Positions 19,621 to 29,797 of a stretch of 64,000 bases of DNA are shown one piece after another (position 1 is the first letter of the stretch; every line of letters begins with the position of its first letter). A program made the translations under genes and the position numbers. The notes under the pieces were generated by a model. That model made no database searches, was not told the origin of the DNA, and saw only the letters and a list, made by a program, of their open reading frames with translations. Location of the stretch: positions 186,290-250,289 of the IMG/VR virus record IMGVR_UViG_3300017917_001996; one strand, written 5' to 3'.

Positions 19621-19672
19621 TCGTTTTTGTAACTTAAAAATAAATAACTACAACCACGTTTACAAAGGACGA
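19621..19672 (+). promoter_or_regulatory. SD-sequestering hairpin with late promoter ATAAATA (19640-19646) in the loop
   Basis: TCGTTTTTGTAA pairs with TTACAAAGGACGA. Confidence 0.6.
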
Positions 19673-19677
19673 TTATC

Positions 19678-22600
19678 ATGGCATTAGTATCACCAGGTTT
19701 ACAACTAACAATCACAGACGAGAGCCAGTACCTACCAACAGCAGTTGGTACTGTACCGTTTGTTGTTGTTGCTACCGCTGAAAATAAAAAAATTAATAAC
19801 GTAACTGCACCAGGAACCTTAAAGGCTAATGCTGGTAAAGTCTACGGAATCACAAGCCAGCGCGAGTTGGCAACTACATTTGGTTACCCACTATTCCGTC
19901 AGAGTAGTGCTGGAACACCACTACACGGAAATGAATTAAACGAATATGGCTTAATGGCTGCTTACAGTGCATTAGGACTTGGAAATCGTGTTTGGGTAGT
20001 ACGTGCTGACATTGACCTAGATCAACTAGTTGGTACTTCTACTAGACCAACAGGAAATCCTGCAGATGGTACAAATTGGTTTGACACATCCTCAACCAGT
20101 TTTGGACTATTTGAATACAATAGAGAAAAAGACAAGTATGACAAAGTAACACCAATGTTGCTGACAACATACGATCAAGTTGATCTAGTTGGCGGTGTTG
20201 CAACACCAAAAGCATCTATTGGATCTATCGGTGACTATGCTGTATTTGTAAAAGAAGATACAAATAAGCTATTTTACAAAGCATCTGACAATGCTTGGAA
20301 GGCAGTTGGTTCTGCAAGCTGGAAAGATGCTCTACCTGTTGCAACAAGTACGACTTCAACAGTTAGTTTACCAGCTGGTAGTGCATTTAAGATTAACGGC
20401 ACAACTGTTGAATACACTAATGCTGGAGCCACAGCACTTACTTCAATGTCAGCACTAAAGACATTGATCGATTCGGCTGCAATTGCTGGTATTACTACTA
20501 GAATTAACTCAAATGGACAGTTAGAAATTCTTGCTGCCTCAAATGCTACCAACGGTGCTGCAAAAATTGAGTCTGCGAGTATTGCCACAGTAACTGCTGG
20601 TAATTTTGTAGTAGGACGTAGATACAAAATTAAAACAGTTGGTACAACAAGTTTTACAGCAATCGGGGCCTCGGCAAACGTAATAGGCACTATCTTCACT
20701 GCAAGTGGTGTTGGTTCTGGTAACGGCGATGCTGATCCTGTAGTTGAAAGTAGCTTAACAAGCATTGGTATTGACAATGCAACTTATGGCCGCGCTGAAG
20801 TACAGCATAGCTCATATGCATCTGTTCCAGAGTGGGCAATTGGAGAAACTGTTACTCGTCCAAGCGGAAGCCTATGGATCAAGACTACTGCACAAAGCAA
20901 TGGTGCTAATTTTGTTGTTAAAAAATACAATTCTAGCCTAGGTGCTTGGAACACAATTGCAATGCCAATGTATGCTGACGGTTTTGAGGCTCTAAACGGG
21001 CTAGATCCTCTAGGTGGTGGCGTTAATATTTCCGTTGGAAGTTCTTTTGTCAAGTACAATCCTTTAAACAACGGTCAAGTTGGCTTCAAGTTTTACACAT
21101 TAAAAACTCGTGGCGCTACAAAAGTAACAGGTGCTACTCCTGGCGTATTCACTTCAGGTGATTCTTTCAGTATAGTAGCTTCGAGTCCTGGTACTGCCAG
21201 TGTTACAACATACAATTGCACTATTAGTGGTACAACTGCAAGTGATTTTGTAGCATCTATTCTAGCAGCCAACATTCCAAATGTTACAGCACAACTTGAT
21301 AATGGTGTTGTCAGTATTACTCATAAAACTGGCGGTATTGTTACACTAACAAACCTAACTGGAACACCAGTTACAACTGCTGGTTTCAATGCAAACACCT
21401 CCGGTGTTGTTGCTGATATTTGCTCAGGTGCTATTAACCTAACAAATTGGATCCCTACAGTTTACACATTCAGTAACCTTAAGCCATCTACCGATCCTAG
21501 CACCGGTACACTTTGGTACTATATGAACCCAGCTGATGTTGATGTTATGATTAACACATCAACTGGTTGGAAAGGTTACCGTAATGTAACACGTGATGCT
21601 AGAGGTTACGATCTATCCTTAACAGATCCAAATGGCGTTATTGTAAGCCCAACCAAGCCAACAACACAAAGTGGCTCTGCTGGTTCTGCACTAAAGCCAG
21701 GCGATCTATGGCTAGACACTAGCGATCTAGAAAACTATCCAAAGATTTATCGTTACAATGTAACAAATACTTGGGATTTAATTGATAATACCGACAAGAC
21801 AAGCCAAAACGGCATTGCGTTTGCTGATGCACGTTGGGGCGGTTCTGGTACTGTAAATCCAGTTAGCGATGCATTCCCATCCGTTGCTAGCTTATTGACT
21901 AGCGATTATCTAGATCCAGATGCTCCAGACTATCGTTTATATCCACGTGGTACATTGTTGTTTAATACACGCCGCAGCGGCTACACCGTTAAGCGTTTTG
22001 TTGTTAATCACTTTAACACAACATCGTTTAATGTTTCTGCAGGCGAGCTACCAGAGCAAACATCTGCATGGGTAAGCCAGCTTTCATTTAAGGCTGATGG
22101 TTCACCATACATGGGTCACCAGGCACAGCGTCAAGCTGTAGTTGGCGCAATGAAGGCTGCTGTCGATGGAAACCTAGAGCTAAGAGAAGAAGGTTATCAG
22201 TTTAACATTCTAACTGCTCCTGGATATCCTGAACTAGTTAGCAACCTAGTAGCTCTGAACAGAGATCGTGCTGAGACTGGTTTCATTATTGGTGACACAC
22301 CAATGGATCTAGTTGGTACATTAGGCGCAATTACCAAGTATGGCAACTCTATTGCAACTGGTGATTCTAATGTTGGATTGTTCTATCCAAGCGCATTAAC
22401 CACAGACTTGAGTGGTAATGAAATTGCTGTTCCTGCTAGCCACATGATGTTACGTGTATTCCTACACAGCGACAACATGAGCTATCAGTGGTTTGCGCCA
22501 GCTGGTACACGTCGTGGTCTAGTAGACAATGCTACTGCAATTGGTTATGTTGACAGCAAAACTGGTCTATTTGTAAGAACAGGTGTAAGCCAACAGCTAC

Positions 22601-23025
22601 GTGACGCTCTATACGAGCTACGTATTAACCCAATTACACTACTACCAGGTTCTGGAATTGTTGCTTATGGTCAGAAGACTCTAAACCCAACAGCAGGATC
22701 GGCACTAGATCGCATCAACGTTGCACGTTTGGTAAACTATCTACGTACAGTACTACGTGGTGTAGCTAACCAGTTCTTGTTTGAGCCTAACGATAAGTTA
22801 ACTCGTGATCAAGTTAAGCAAACTGTTGAAAGCGTATTCAACGATTTAGTTGCCAAGCGTGGTGTTTATGACTACCTAGTTGTTTGCGACACAACTAACA
22901 ACACGCCAGACCGTATTGCTCGTAATGAACTATACGTTGATGTTGCAGTTGAGCCAATGAAGGATGTCGAATTCATCTACATCCCAATTAGATTGAAGAA
23001 CCCAGGATCAATCGCTGCTGCTTAA
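19678..23025 (+). CDS. Contractile tail sheath protein (gp18-like)
   Basis: LVSPG, WFAPAGTRRG, RINVARL, LFEPND, VVCDTTNNTPDRI, EFIYI. Confidence 0.95.
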   Translation: MALVSPGLQLTITDESQYLPTAVGTVPFVVVATAENKKINNVTAPGTLKANAGKVYGITSQRELATTFGYPLFRQSSAGTPLHGNELNEYGLMAAYSALGLGNRVWVVRADIDLDQLVGTSTRPTGNPADGTNWFDTSSTSFGLFEYNREKDKYDKVTPMLLTTYDQVDLVGGVATPKASIGSIGDYAVFVKEDTNKLFYKASDNAWKAVGSASWKDALPVATSTTSTVSLPAGSAFKINGTTVEYTNAGATALTSMSALKTLIDSAAIAGITTRINSNGQLEILAASNATNGAAKIESASIATVTAGNFVVGRRYKIKTVGTTSFTAIGASANVIGTIFTASGVGSGNGDADPVVESSLTSIGIDNATYGRAEVQHSSYASVPEWAIGETVTRPSGSLWIKTTAQSNGANFVVKKYNSSLGAWNTIAMPMYADGFEALNGLDPLGGGVNISVGSSFVKYNPLNNGQVGFKFYTLKTRGATKVTGATPGVFTSGDSFSIVASSPGTASVTTYNCTISGTTASDFVASILAANIPNVTAQLDNGVVSITHKTGGIVTLTNLTGTPVTTAGFNANTSGVVADICSGAINLTNWIPTVYTFSNLKPSTDPSTGTLWYYMNPADVDVMINTSTGWKGYRNVTRDARGYDLSLTDPNGVIVSPTKPTTQSGSAGSALKPGDLWLDTSDLENYPKIYRYNVTNTWDLIDNTDKTSQNGIAFADARWGGSGTVNPVSDAFPSVASLLTSDYLDPDAPDYRLYPRGTLLFNTRRSGYTVKRFVVNHFNTTSFNVSAGELPEQTSAWVSQLSFKADGSPYMGHQAQRQAVVGAMKAAVDGNLELREEGYQFNILTAPGYPELVSNLVALNRDRAETGFIIGDTPMDLVGTLGAITKYGNSIATGDSNVGLFYPSALTTDLSGNEIAVPASHMMLRVFLHSDNMSYQWFAPAGTRRGLVDNATAIGYVDSKTGLFVRTGVSQQLRDALYELRINPITLLPGSGIVAYGQKTLNPTAGSALDRINVARLVNYLRTVLRGVANQFLFEPNDKLTRDQVKQTVESVFNDLVAKRGVYDYLVVCDTTNNTPDRIARNELYVDVAVEPMKDVEFIYIPIRLKNPGSIAAA

Positions 23026-23036
23026 TTGGCAGTAAC

Positions 23037-23065
23037 AAAATAGGCACAGCAATGTGCCTATTTTT
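23037..23065 (+). terminator. Rho-independent terminator
   Basis: AAAATAGGCACA-GCAA-TGTGCCTATTTTT. Confidence 0.85.
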
Positions 23066-23129
23066 ATGACCAAAAATTAACAATAGTTTTAATGATTTTT
23101 ATACCCGAAGAAAATTTATCCAAAAAATG

Positions 23130-23136
23130 ATAAATA
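23130..23136 (+). promoter_or_regulatory. Late promoter ATAAATA
   Basis: Upstream of the AGGAG SD of the tube gene. Confidence 0.7.
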
Positions 23137-23161
23137 TTTTTAACAGATTTAGGAGAAGACC

Positions 23162-23779
23162 ATGGCAGTAGCCTCACTCACAAGATTTACAGTACCTTTA
23201 GCAAACAACCAGAGTGCTAGCACTCAAGGTCTACTAATGCCTAAGCTACAGTATCGTTTCAGAGTTAGTTTCGAAGGCTTTGGTGTAAGCACCAACCGTA
23301 TGGAACTAACTAAACAAGTTGTTTCTTTTACTCGTCCAACAGTTAACTTTGTTGATGTTGACGTTCATGTTTACAACAGTATTGTTAGACTAGCAGGTAA
23401 GCATTCGTGGACTGACGTAACCACAAGCATCCGTGATGATGCAGCTGGTAACGTTACACGATTAGTTGGCGAACAGCTACAAAAGCAATTTGACTTTATG
23501 GAGCAAAGTAGTGCAGCCAGCGGCAGCGATTACAAGTTCATCACACGTTGCGAAATGTTAGATGGTGGTAACGGTGCTAATGAGCCAACTATCCTTGAGA
23601 CATGGGAACTATACGGTTGCTACATTAAAGAAGCTAACTATCAAGAAGTTAACTATGCTAACAGCGACCCTGTAACTATCCAGTTAAGCATTAGATTTGA
23701 TAATGCTGTGCAAGTTCCAGGTGGTTCTGGTATTGGTACATTTATTGGACGTACTATCGGCGAAAACATTACTCAGTAA
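23162..23779 (+). CDS. Tail tube protein (gp19-like)
   Basis: Follows sheath; YRFRV, AGKHSW, WELYGC, IRFDNA. Confidence 0.85.
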   Translation: MAVASLTRFTVPLANNQSASTQGLLMPKLQYRFRVSFEGFGVSTNRMELTKQVVSFTRPTVNFVDVDVHVYNSIVRLAGKHSWTDVTTSIRDDAAGNVTRLVGEQLQKQFDFMEQSSAASGSDYKFITRCEMLDGGNGANEPTILETWELYGCYIKEANYQEVNYANSDPVTIQLSIRFDNAVQVPGGSGIGTFIGRTIGENITQ

Positions 23780-23795
23780 TATATTCGCTTACTCT

Positions 23796-23822
23796 AAAAG
23801 GGCCCTAGTTGGCCCTTTTTTT
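23796..23822 (+). terminator. Rho-independent terminator
   Basis: AAAAGGGCC-CTAGTT-GGCCCTTTTTTT. Confidence 0.85.
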
Positions 23823-23852
23823 ATGGCATAAATATTTGTACTAAGGATTATT

Positions 23853-25463
23853 ATGGCCGATATTTTTTCTGATTTAGCTAACTTTGCTGGAGACACTCTA
23901 AGGCAGGTGATTACTCCTGACAATGTCAGGGATTATACTCATGCCAGTAAGTTGTTTGTTGGCGACCAGTATAGACTAGTTCCAAAGAACGGCTTTCTGT
24001 TTCACGTATTCATTGATATTAATAATCCCTACCTAGACTTTCAAAATCCAAACTCACTAAGTGAAGTAGGTCTTATGGTTAAGAGTGCGGATCTACCGAG
24101 ATTTACCGTTGAAACAAAAACACTCAATGCCTATAACAGACCAAACATTGTACAAAATAAAATTCGTTACGATCCTATAACAATTGCATTCCATGACGAC
24201 AGTAATAACCTAATTCGTAATTTTTGGTCATCGTACATGAAGTATTACTACAGAGATAGTGATTACGCAGAGAATTCTTATGCTATCCCACACAAGTATT
24301 CACCACAACAACTTAGTGGCTTTGGTTATTCGCCGCAACAGACTGCGCCTTATTTAAAGTGTATTCGTTTATATAGTTTGCATCAAAAGAGATTCAGTGA
24401 ATACATTCTTATTAATCCTATAATTAAGTCGATGAGACATGGTTCACATGCCCAGGATAAAATGGAAACTATGCAACATGAGATGACCATCGAATACGAA
24501 GCAGTTTTGTACAACAGTGGTCGTACTTCTTTGGGTAACCCTAAAGGATTTGCTTTGTTACACTATGACACAATGCCAAGTCCAATTACCGGAGCAGGTG
24601 GTGGAGCAAGATCGATATTTGGCCCAGGCGGTCTAATAGACACTGGCAAAGATGTTTTAGATGATATAAGTAATGGTAACTTTGGATCTGCGATATTCAA
24701 GGCAGCACGTGGTATTAACAATGCACGTGGTATGAATCTAAAAACCACTGCTATTACAGAGATAACAGATGCATTTAACCGCAGTATCAGGGAAAGTGTG
24801 ACTTCTCAAAGAATTATGGTACCCAATATGACAGGGACATCTGGTATTGTTAATTCACCTTACAGTGGAATTGGAGTTAGCAATGCTGTGGCTGCTCTCG
24901 CTGGTGTTGTTGCTATCAGAGAAACAAGAGTTCCGGAACCGTTGAACAATCAACGCATCAATGACATACGACAGTCTACAGCCAGTGAGTATTCGTCGCA
25001 ACTTACAAATTATAAAAAAACCTTTCCTCCTAATCCTGGTATAGTTGCCAGTGCAAGTAATACAGGATCGTTGACGTTGCTCAATGACCAAAATACAATA
25101 AGACCGATTGGAGTTCAAGGTACAATTAACGAGACTACTCGAAAACAACAATTAGATAATAATATTAAATCAGCATCGGATGCAGTTACCAACGCCACTG
25201 TAGAATTAGCCAGAGCTAAGAATCAAGAAGCTAATGCCACTGCTGCTATAAGCATGTTAAACATAAAATTAAATGCAGCTCGTGCATTACCTTTATACAA
25301 TCCTAGTAGAGAAGGCCTAATTCAACAATTAACACAAAGCATCGAACAGCAACAAAAAATTAAAGAAGATGCTGCTGCATTGGTTGCTACACTGACTGCC
25401 AAGCTGGCATTGCTAACACAAAAATTACAGGCTTTGAAATCTGAAAAGGATGCAATAAGATAA
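23853..25463 (+). CDS. Tube-fold baseplate/tail-tube initiator-like protein with C-terminal coiled coil
   Basis: VKSADLP...YDPITIAFHDD...MTIEYE; ATAAATA upstream. Confidence 0.55.
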   Translation: MADIFSDLANFAGDTLRQVITPDNVRDYTHASKLFVGDQYRLVPKNGFLFHVFIDINNPYLDFQNPNSLSEVGLMVKSADLPRFTVETKTLNAYNRPNIVQNKIRYDPITIAFHDDSNNLIRNFWSSYMKYYYRDSDYAENSYAIPHKYSPQQLSGFGYSPQQTAPYLKCIRLYSLHQKRFSEYILINPIIKSMRHGSHAQDKMETMQHEMTIEYEAVLYNSGRTSLGNPKGFALLHYDTMPSPITGAGGGARSIFGPGGLIDTGKDVLDDISNGNFGSAIFKAARGINNARGMNLKTTAITEITDAFNRSIRESVTSQRIMVPNMTGTSGIVNSPYSGIGVSNAVAALAGVVAIRETRVPEPLNNQRINDIRQSTASEYSSQLTNYKKTFPPNPGIVASASNTGSLTLLNDQNTIRPIGVQGTINETTRKQQLDNNIKSASDAVTNATVELARAKNQEANATAAISMLNIKLNAARALPLYNPSREGLIQQLTQSIEQQQKIKEDAAALVATLTAKLALLTQKLQALKSEKDAIR

Positions 25464-25843
25464 TGGCAACAAAACCGTCAAACTTAACTTCAGTAAATGC
25501 AGTAGAAATTACATCTGGACAAGTTCCTTCATTTTTTAATAATTTCTATCAACCTGCCTATTCAGTGTCTCAGAATGTTGACGATGCTGTGCTAGCATTT
25601 TTTGAAAAAATAACAGATGGACGTGAAGCTGCTAAAATTATGGCCAGTGCAGTTATCTATACTAGTTTGGCACAAAACATAGATCCATTGGAAACACTGC
25701 AAAAGTTTTCTACTATGTCGTCGGAAGACTTAAATTCTTATGTAGCCATGTTCTTAAACTTAAACAGAGTTGGCACAAGCTACTTAGGAATTAATAATCG
25801 CCCACGTACAGGAAAATACGTGGCAAGAATGATTCGTCCATGA
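25463..25843 (+). CDS. Hypothetical virion-associated protein
   Basis: Translationally coupled ORF in late operon. Confidence 0.65.
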   Translation: MATKPSNLTSVNAVEITSGQVPSFFNNFYQPAYSVSQNVDDAVLAFFEKITDGREAAKIMASAVIYTSLAQNIDPLETLQKFSTMSSEDLNSYVAMFLNLNRVGTSYLGINNRPRTGKYVARMIRP

Positions 25844-26274
25844 GTAAGTACGCACAAGGAAAGTATCAGATAAAAAATCCCGAAAAGTACACAGGCCGTA
25901 AAACCCCTACATACCGTAGTTCGTGGGAATTTACATTTTGTACTTTTTGCGACAATAACCCAGCAGTGATACAATGGGCCAGTGAACCCTTTATGATTCC
26001 TTACAGGAATCCTTTAACTGGTAAGAATACTATATACGTTCCAGATTTTTTAATTGTGTACATGGATAAAAATCAGCAAAAACACGCTGAAGTAATTGAA
26101 GTAAAACCATTGAAAGAAACAACATTTGAGTCAGCTAAGACTGTTAGAGATAAAGCCGCTGTAGCACTTAATATGGCTAAATGGGAAGCTGCTCGTGCTT
26201 TTTGTAAGTCATACGGGTTAAAGTTTAGAGTAGTTACAGAACATGATATCTATCAGGGCGCCCGCCGCCGATAA
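25840..26274 (+). CDS. Head completion nuclease (T4 gp4-like, TnsA-type)
   Basis: NPEKY, YRSSWE, WASE, YVPDF, IEVKP, KWEAA. Confidence 0.9.
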   Translation: MSKYAQGKYQIKNPEKYTGRKTPTYRSSWEFTFCTFCDNNPAVIQWASEPFMIPYRNPLTGKNTIYVPDFLIVYMDKNQQKHAEVIEVKPLKETTFESAKTVRDKAAVALNMAKWEAARAFCKSYGLKFRVVTEHDIYQGARRR

Positions 26275-26282
26275 ATATTCAT

Positions 26283-26777
26283 ATGACTAAGAAACTTGAA
26301 GAATTGTTTAATTTGCCCGAAGGCGCCGAGCCTACACCTGAGCAAGAGAAAATGATTGCAGAAAGCCAAGAAAACCTTGAAGTGGCTAATGATATAATTG
26401 ACCGAATCGATCAAGCATTACCACAAGTCAAAGAACTGGATTCTGCTGACGATGAACTAGATGAGCTATCTAACCTTGCCAAGGAAAAGTTTCAAGATTT
26501 AATGGATTTAGGCATGAATGTTGAAGCACGTTTTAGTGGTACTATACTACAAACTGCTGGAGTCTTATTAGGACATGCTATTACTGCTAAACAAGCCAAA
26601 ATTGATAAAAAGCTACGGATGGTTGATCTTCAATTAAAGAAAATGCGTTTAGATCAAGCTGCTAGTAAAGATGGAGATAAACTGCCTCCGATTGAAGGAC
26701 ATGCTACAGTAATTGATAGAAATGAGCTGCTAAAGCAGATTCTAGCTAGTTCTAAATCCGAAAAGTCAGACAAATAA
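26283..26777 (+). CDS. Possible terminase small subunit (gp16-like)
   Basis: 164-aa helical protein upstream of terL with gp16-like layout; ATAAATA-N5-ATG. Confidence 0.45.
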   Translation: MTKKLEELFNLPEGAEPTPEQEKMIAESQENLEVANDIIDRIDQALPQVKELDSADDELDELSNLAKEKFQDLMDLGMNVEARFSGTILQTAGVLLGHAITAKQAKIDKKLRMVDLQLKKMRLDQAASKDGDKLPPIEGHATVIDRNELLKQILASSKSEKSDK

Positions 26778-26803
26778 CATAAATATAGATATTAGGATTA
26801 CCT

Positions 26804-27382
26804 ATGAAACCCTTTGCTCAATACCTACATGAAATGAATAAAGTCTATGAGTTCAGCATTAAAGTTGCTGGCATAGACTGCGACAAAACCCAACAGGAAA
26901 AGCTAAAGTCTGCTTTGGAGACTTATGCGGTTGAACATTTTGGACCAGTTAAAAGACTGCCAATTCAAGAACACGCAGACTTTCCGGGCTGTGGTCCAAT
27001 GGAATGCCACATGATTGATGTATCAGTTCGTTATCCTGTAGTCAGTGATCAAGTTGCACAATTAGTTGCCGAGAAGCTAAACATGCCTCGCAAGCAAGTC
27101 TTAGTTCGTACCAAGGGCGAAGAAGCAATTCTAACCCAAACATTTGAGCCCAAAAAAGCCAAAGATGGTAGCGTACTAAACAATCCAGAACTAGACAGTG
27201 GTTCGGCTCAGGACCTAGTCGGTGAAGCTCGTAAAGAAAGTATGCTCAAAGAGTTAGAGTCACGTAAGTATGAATTTGCTGCCAAACCGGAAGCAGTTAA
27301 GACAGCAGACATTCCAACTAACAACACAAGCCCAGTTGGTTCACGTCAAAACAAAATACCCAGCCCAGTAAAAGGAAAATAA
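26804..27382 (+). CDS. Putative internal head protein
   Basis: Late promoter; N-terminus MKPFAQYLHE. Confidence 0.6.
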   Translation: MKPFAQYLHEMNKVYEFSIKVAGIDCDKTQQEKLKSALETYAVEHFGPVKRLPIQEHADFPGCGPMECHMIDVSVRYPVVSDQVAQLVAEKLNMPRKQVLVRTKGEEAILTQTFEPKKAKDGSVLNNPELDSGSAQDLVGEARKESMLKELESRKYEFAAKPEAVKTADIPTNNTSPVGSRQNKIPSPVKGK

Positions 27383-27383
27383 A

Positions 27384-28526
27384 ATGGATTTCGCAAAAAT
27401 ATTAGCAAAACTAGATTCTTTCGAGTCTAAACAAAATCTCAACGAGGGTTGGGACGATATGATGAAAGCTTCTAAAGAGAAGTCTAAGGAAGCCGACAAA
27501 GAAAAAGGCACAGGCAAGTTTGATAAAAAAGAAACTAGCACTGGTACAGTTTACACACGTAAGTCTAGCACATTCGACGATGGCGGCGACGATAAGGACG
27601 TAAAGAAAGCTAAAAAGAAAGACAAGGAAGCCAAGAAAGATAAAAAAGATGTCAGCGAGTCAATGGCTGATTTGTTGAAGACCCTTGACGCTATTGTTGA
27701 GTCCGAGAAGAAGCCCGACGAAGATGGCGACGGTGTTCCTGATTGGGCTGACAAGAAGCCAGGCAAGGACGACAACAAAGACAAAGACGAAGATGACGAC
27801 AAGGACGACGACAAGGACGATGACAAAGAAAAAGTCGACGAAAGTAAAATTGACGAAGAAGAAGTTGAAGAAGGTCCTGAGATCCTAAAACTCAAAGCAG
27901 ACCAAGCAAAAGCTAAAGGTGAAAAGTCATTTAAAGTCGGTGACAAAACTTTCCCAGTTAAAGAGTCCGATGAAGAAGTCGAAGAAGGTGTCGAAGACCG
28001 ATTAAAGGATCTAGATCCTAAGAACCCAGTGAACATTCCTGCTTATCAGCGTAAAGCAAAGAGCGGCGACACTGCTGCCCTAGCTAAAGCTGCCACACCA
28101 CCAAAGTCGTTGCAAGAGTGCTACGATCAAGCTATGATGGGCCAAGACGAGTCTGGCATGAACATTAGCAGCAACATGGATACTAAAACTGGCAGCAAGA
28201 GCTTGACTGTTAGCGCACGTGGCCAAGCTGCTGAAGAACTAGCACAGATTCTAAAACTATCTGGCCTAGTAGGTGGTGGTTCACATGCCGAAGAACCTGA
28301 AATGCATGTAGTAGCACAGGAAGAGTATGCTAACGAACCAAATCCAGTTGTACAAGGTATGGACGTACAAATGCAACAAGGCAACGACCTAAATCGTCCA
28401 AAGGGCACATATCCTAAGGTTGCTGGTGGTGACAACCCAATGCAAGCAATGATGGAAGACAAGGAACTAATGATCCTTGAGGCTCGTTTAATGCAAGAAC
28501 TTGAAAGCATTAAAGTTAAGAAATGA
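27384..28526 (+). CDS. Highly charged prohead core/scaffold-like protein
   Basis: D/E/K-rich low complexity; many (L/V/I)xE sites; ILKLSGL motif. Confidence 0.55.
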   Translation: MDFAKILAKLDSFESKQNLNEGWDDMMKASKEKSKEADKEKGTGKFDKKETSTGTVYTRKSSTFDDGGDDKDVKKAKKKDKEAKKDKKDVSESMADLLKTLDAIVESEKKPDEDGDGVPDWADKKPGKDDNKDKDEDDDKDDDKDDDKEKVDESKIDEEEVEEGPEILKLKADQAKAKGEKSFKVGDKTFPVKESDEEVEEGVEDRLKDLDPKNPVNIPAYQRKAKSGDTAALAKAATPPKSLQECYDQAMMGQDESGMNISSNMDTKTGSKSLTVSARGQAAEELAQILKLSGLVGGGSHAEEPEMHVVAQEEYANEPNPVVQGMDVQMQQGNDLNRPKGTYPKVAGGDNPMQAMMEDKELMILEARLMQELESIKVKK

Positions 28527-28741
28527 AATCTTTCAAGCAATACTTGGCTGAAGCAGAAATGCTCAGCCAAGTAAATGAAAACAGTAATCTGCCTGTTGCC
28601 AATGATAGCACTAGTCCTATAAATGGTAGCAAGGTAGATTACGAGTTTGCAAATAAACTCAGACGTAACCCTCCAAAACCTAAACCACATGAAAGAATAC
28701 AGAGTCCGGGCAAACCACTTTTCCCAACCAGAAATTCCTGA
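28523..28741 (+). CDS. Small putative internal head protein
   Basis: ATGA overlap; N-terminus MKSFKQYLAE. Confidence 0.6.
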   Translation: MKSFKQYLAEAEMLSQVNENSNLPVANDSTSPINGSKVDYEFANKLRRNPPKPKPHERIQSPGKPLFPTRNS

Positions 28742-28973
28742 TGCTGTTATGGACAATCAGGACCTTGCAAATCTGCAAAGGTTAGCTGGTATACAGACCA
28801 TTGGTGTTGGCAAACTTGCCGAAGGCAGTAACATATCAGTAACTGGTAACGAGAAAGGCGAGTTAATGAAGAAACACAATATTAAACCAGGAACCCCAGA
28901 ATGGTTCCAACTTTGGTTTACACTGCCATATCTGACAAACACTTCTCCATTGGACCCAAAATTTAATAGATAA
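28689..28973 (+). CDS. Hypothetical late protein
   Basis: LQRLAGI and [14 protein letters not shown] motifs; start MKEYRV. Confidence 0.65.
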   Translation: MKEYRVRANHFSQPEIPDAVMDNQDLANLQRLAGIQTIGVGKLAEGSNISVTGNEKGELMKKHNIKPGTPEWFQLWFTLPYLTNTSPLDPKFNR

Positions 28974-29004
28974 TTTTTTTACCTTACTGGTGATAAATAA
29001 ACAT

Positions 29005-29771
29005 ATGAATAATTACTATGTTTATGCTTATCTCAGAGAAGATGGAACTCCTTACTATATTGGTAAAGGCAATAAAAATCGAGCATGGACTAAAGGTAAA
29101 GGGGAAATAGGAAAACCTAAGGACCTTAACAGAATAATAATTGTCGAAAAGAATTTAACACTAACTGGTAGTTTAGCAATCGAAAGAAGATTAATCAGAT
29201 GGTATGGTAGAAAAGATATAGGAACTGGAATACTTCGAAACCGAACCGACGGTGGTGATGGAGGAAAAGGCGCTAATGCCGGCAATAAATTATCAGAAAA
29301 AATAAAAAGAAAATATCATTGTCACACAAAGGCAAAAAGAGAACCCCTATGTCTGAAGAATCAAAAAAGAAACTTTCAGAATCATTAAAGGGCAAAAACC
29401 TTGGAAAACAAAGATCAATTGAAACAAAACTTAAAATGTCTCTAACTCTCAAAGGAAGAAAAAGAGAACCGATGTCGGAAGAGACAAAGAAAAAATTAAG
29501 TGAGGCAAATTTGGGTAAACATATAGAACCATTTACAGAAGAGCATAAACAAAAAATATCAAATGCTCTTAAAGGAAAGCCTAAAAAACGAGAATCTGTA
29601 GAAAAACAAAGACAAAAAATAATCGGAAGAAAACCAAGTATAAGCGAAAGAGAAGCATATTTAAATGCTTTAGAAAAAGGAAAAACTGTGTGCGAACACT
29701 GTAAAAAGATTTTTACATTGGGTAACTATCGTAGATGGCACGGTGACAAATGTAAGTTAAATCAAATTTAA
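29005..29771 (+). pseudogene. GIY-YIG/NUMOD3 homing endonuclease, frameshifted at about 29300
   Basis: [19 protein letters not shown] in one frame; NUMOD3 repeats and CEHC Zn finger in the -1 frame. Confidence 0.75.
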
Positions 29772-29797
29772 TATGTACCAGGATAAGTACATATATT

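Noticed and set aside
19575-19715. Extended N-termini in the ORF track (19715; also 10344, 12617, 28990, 48050, 53769)
   Set aside because: They run through promoters or neighbouring genes; downstream starts fit promoter/SD spacing better
27760-27870. GACGAC/AAGGAC low-complexity repeats
   Set aside because: They simply encode the Asp/Lys-rich tract of the scaffold-like protein
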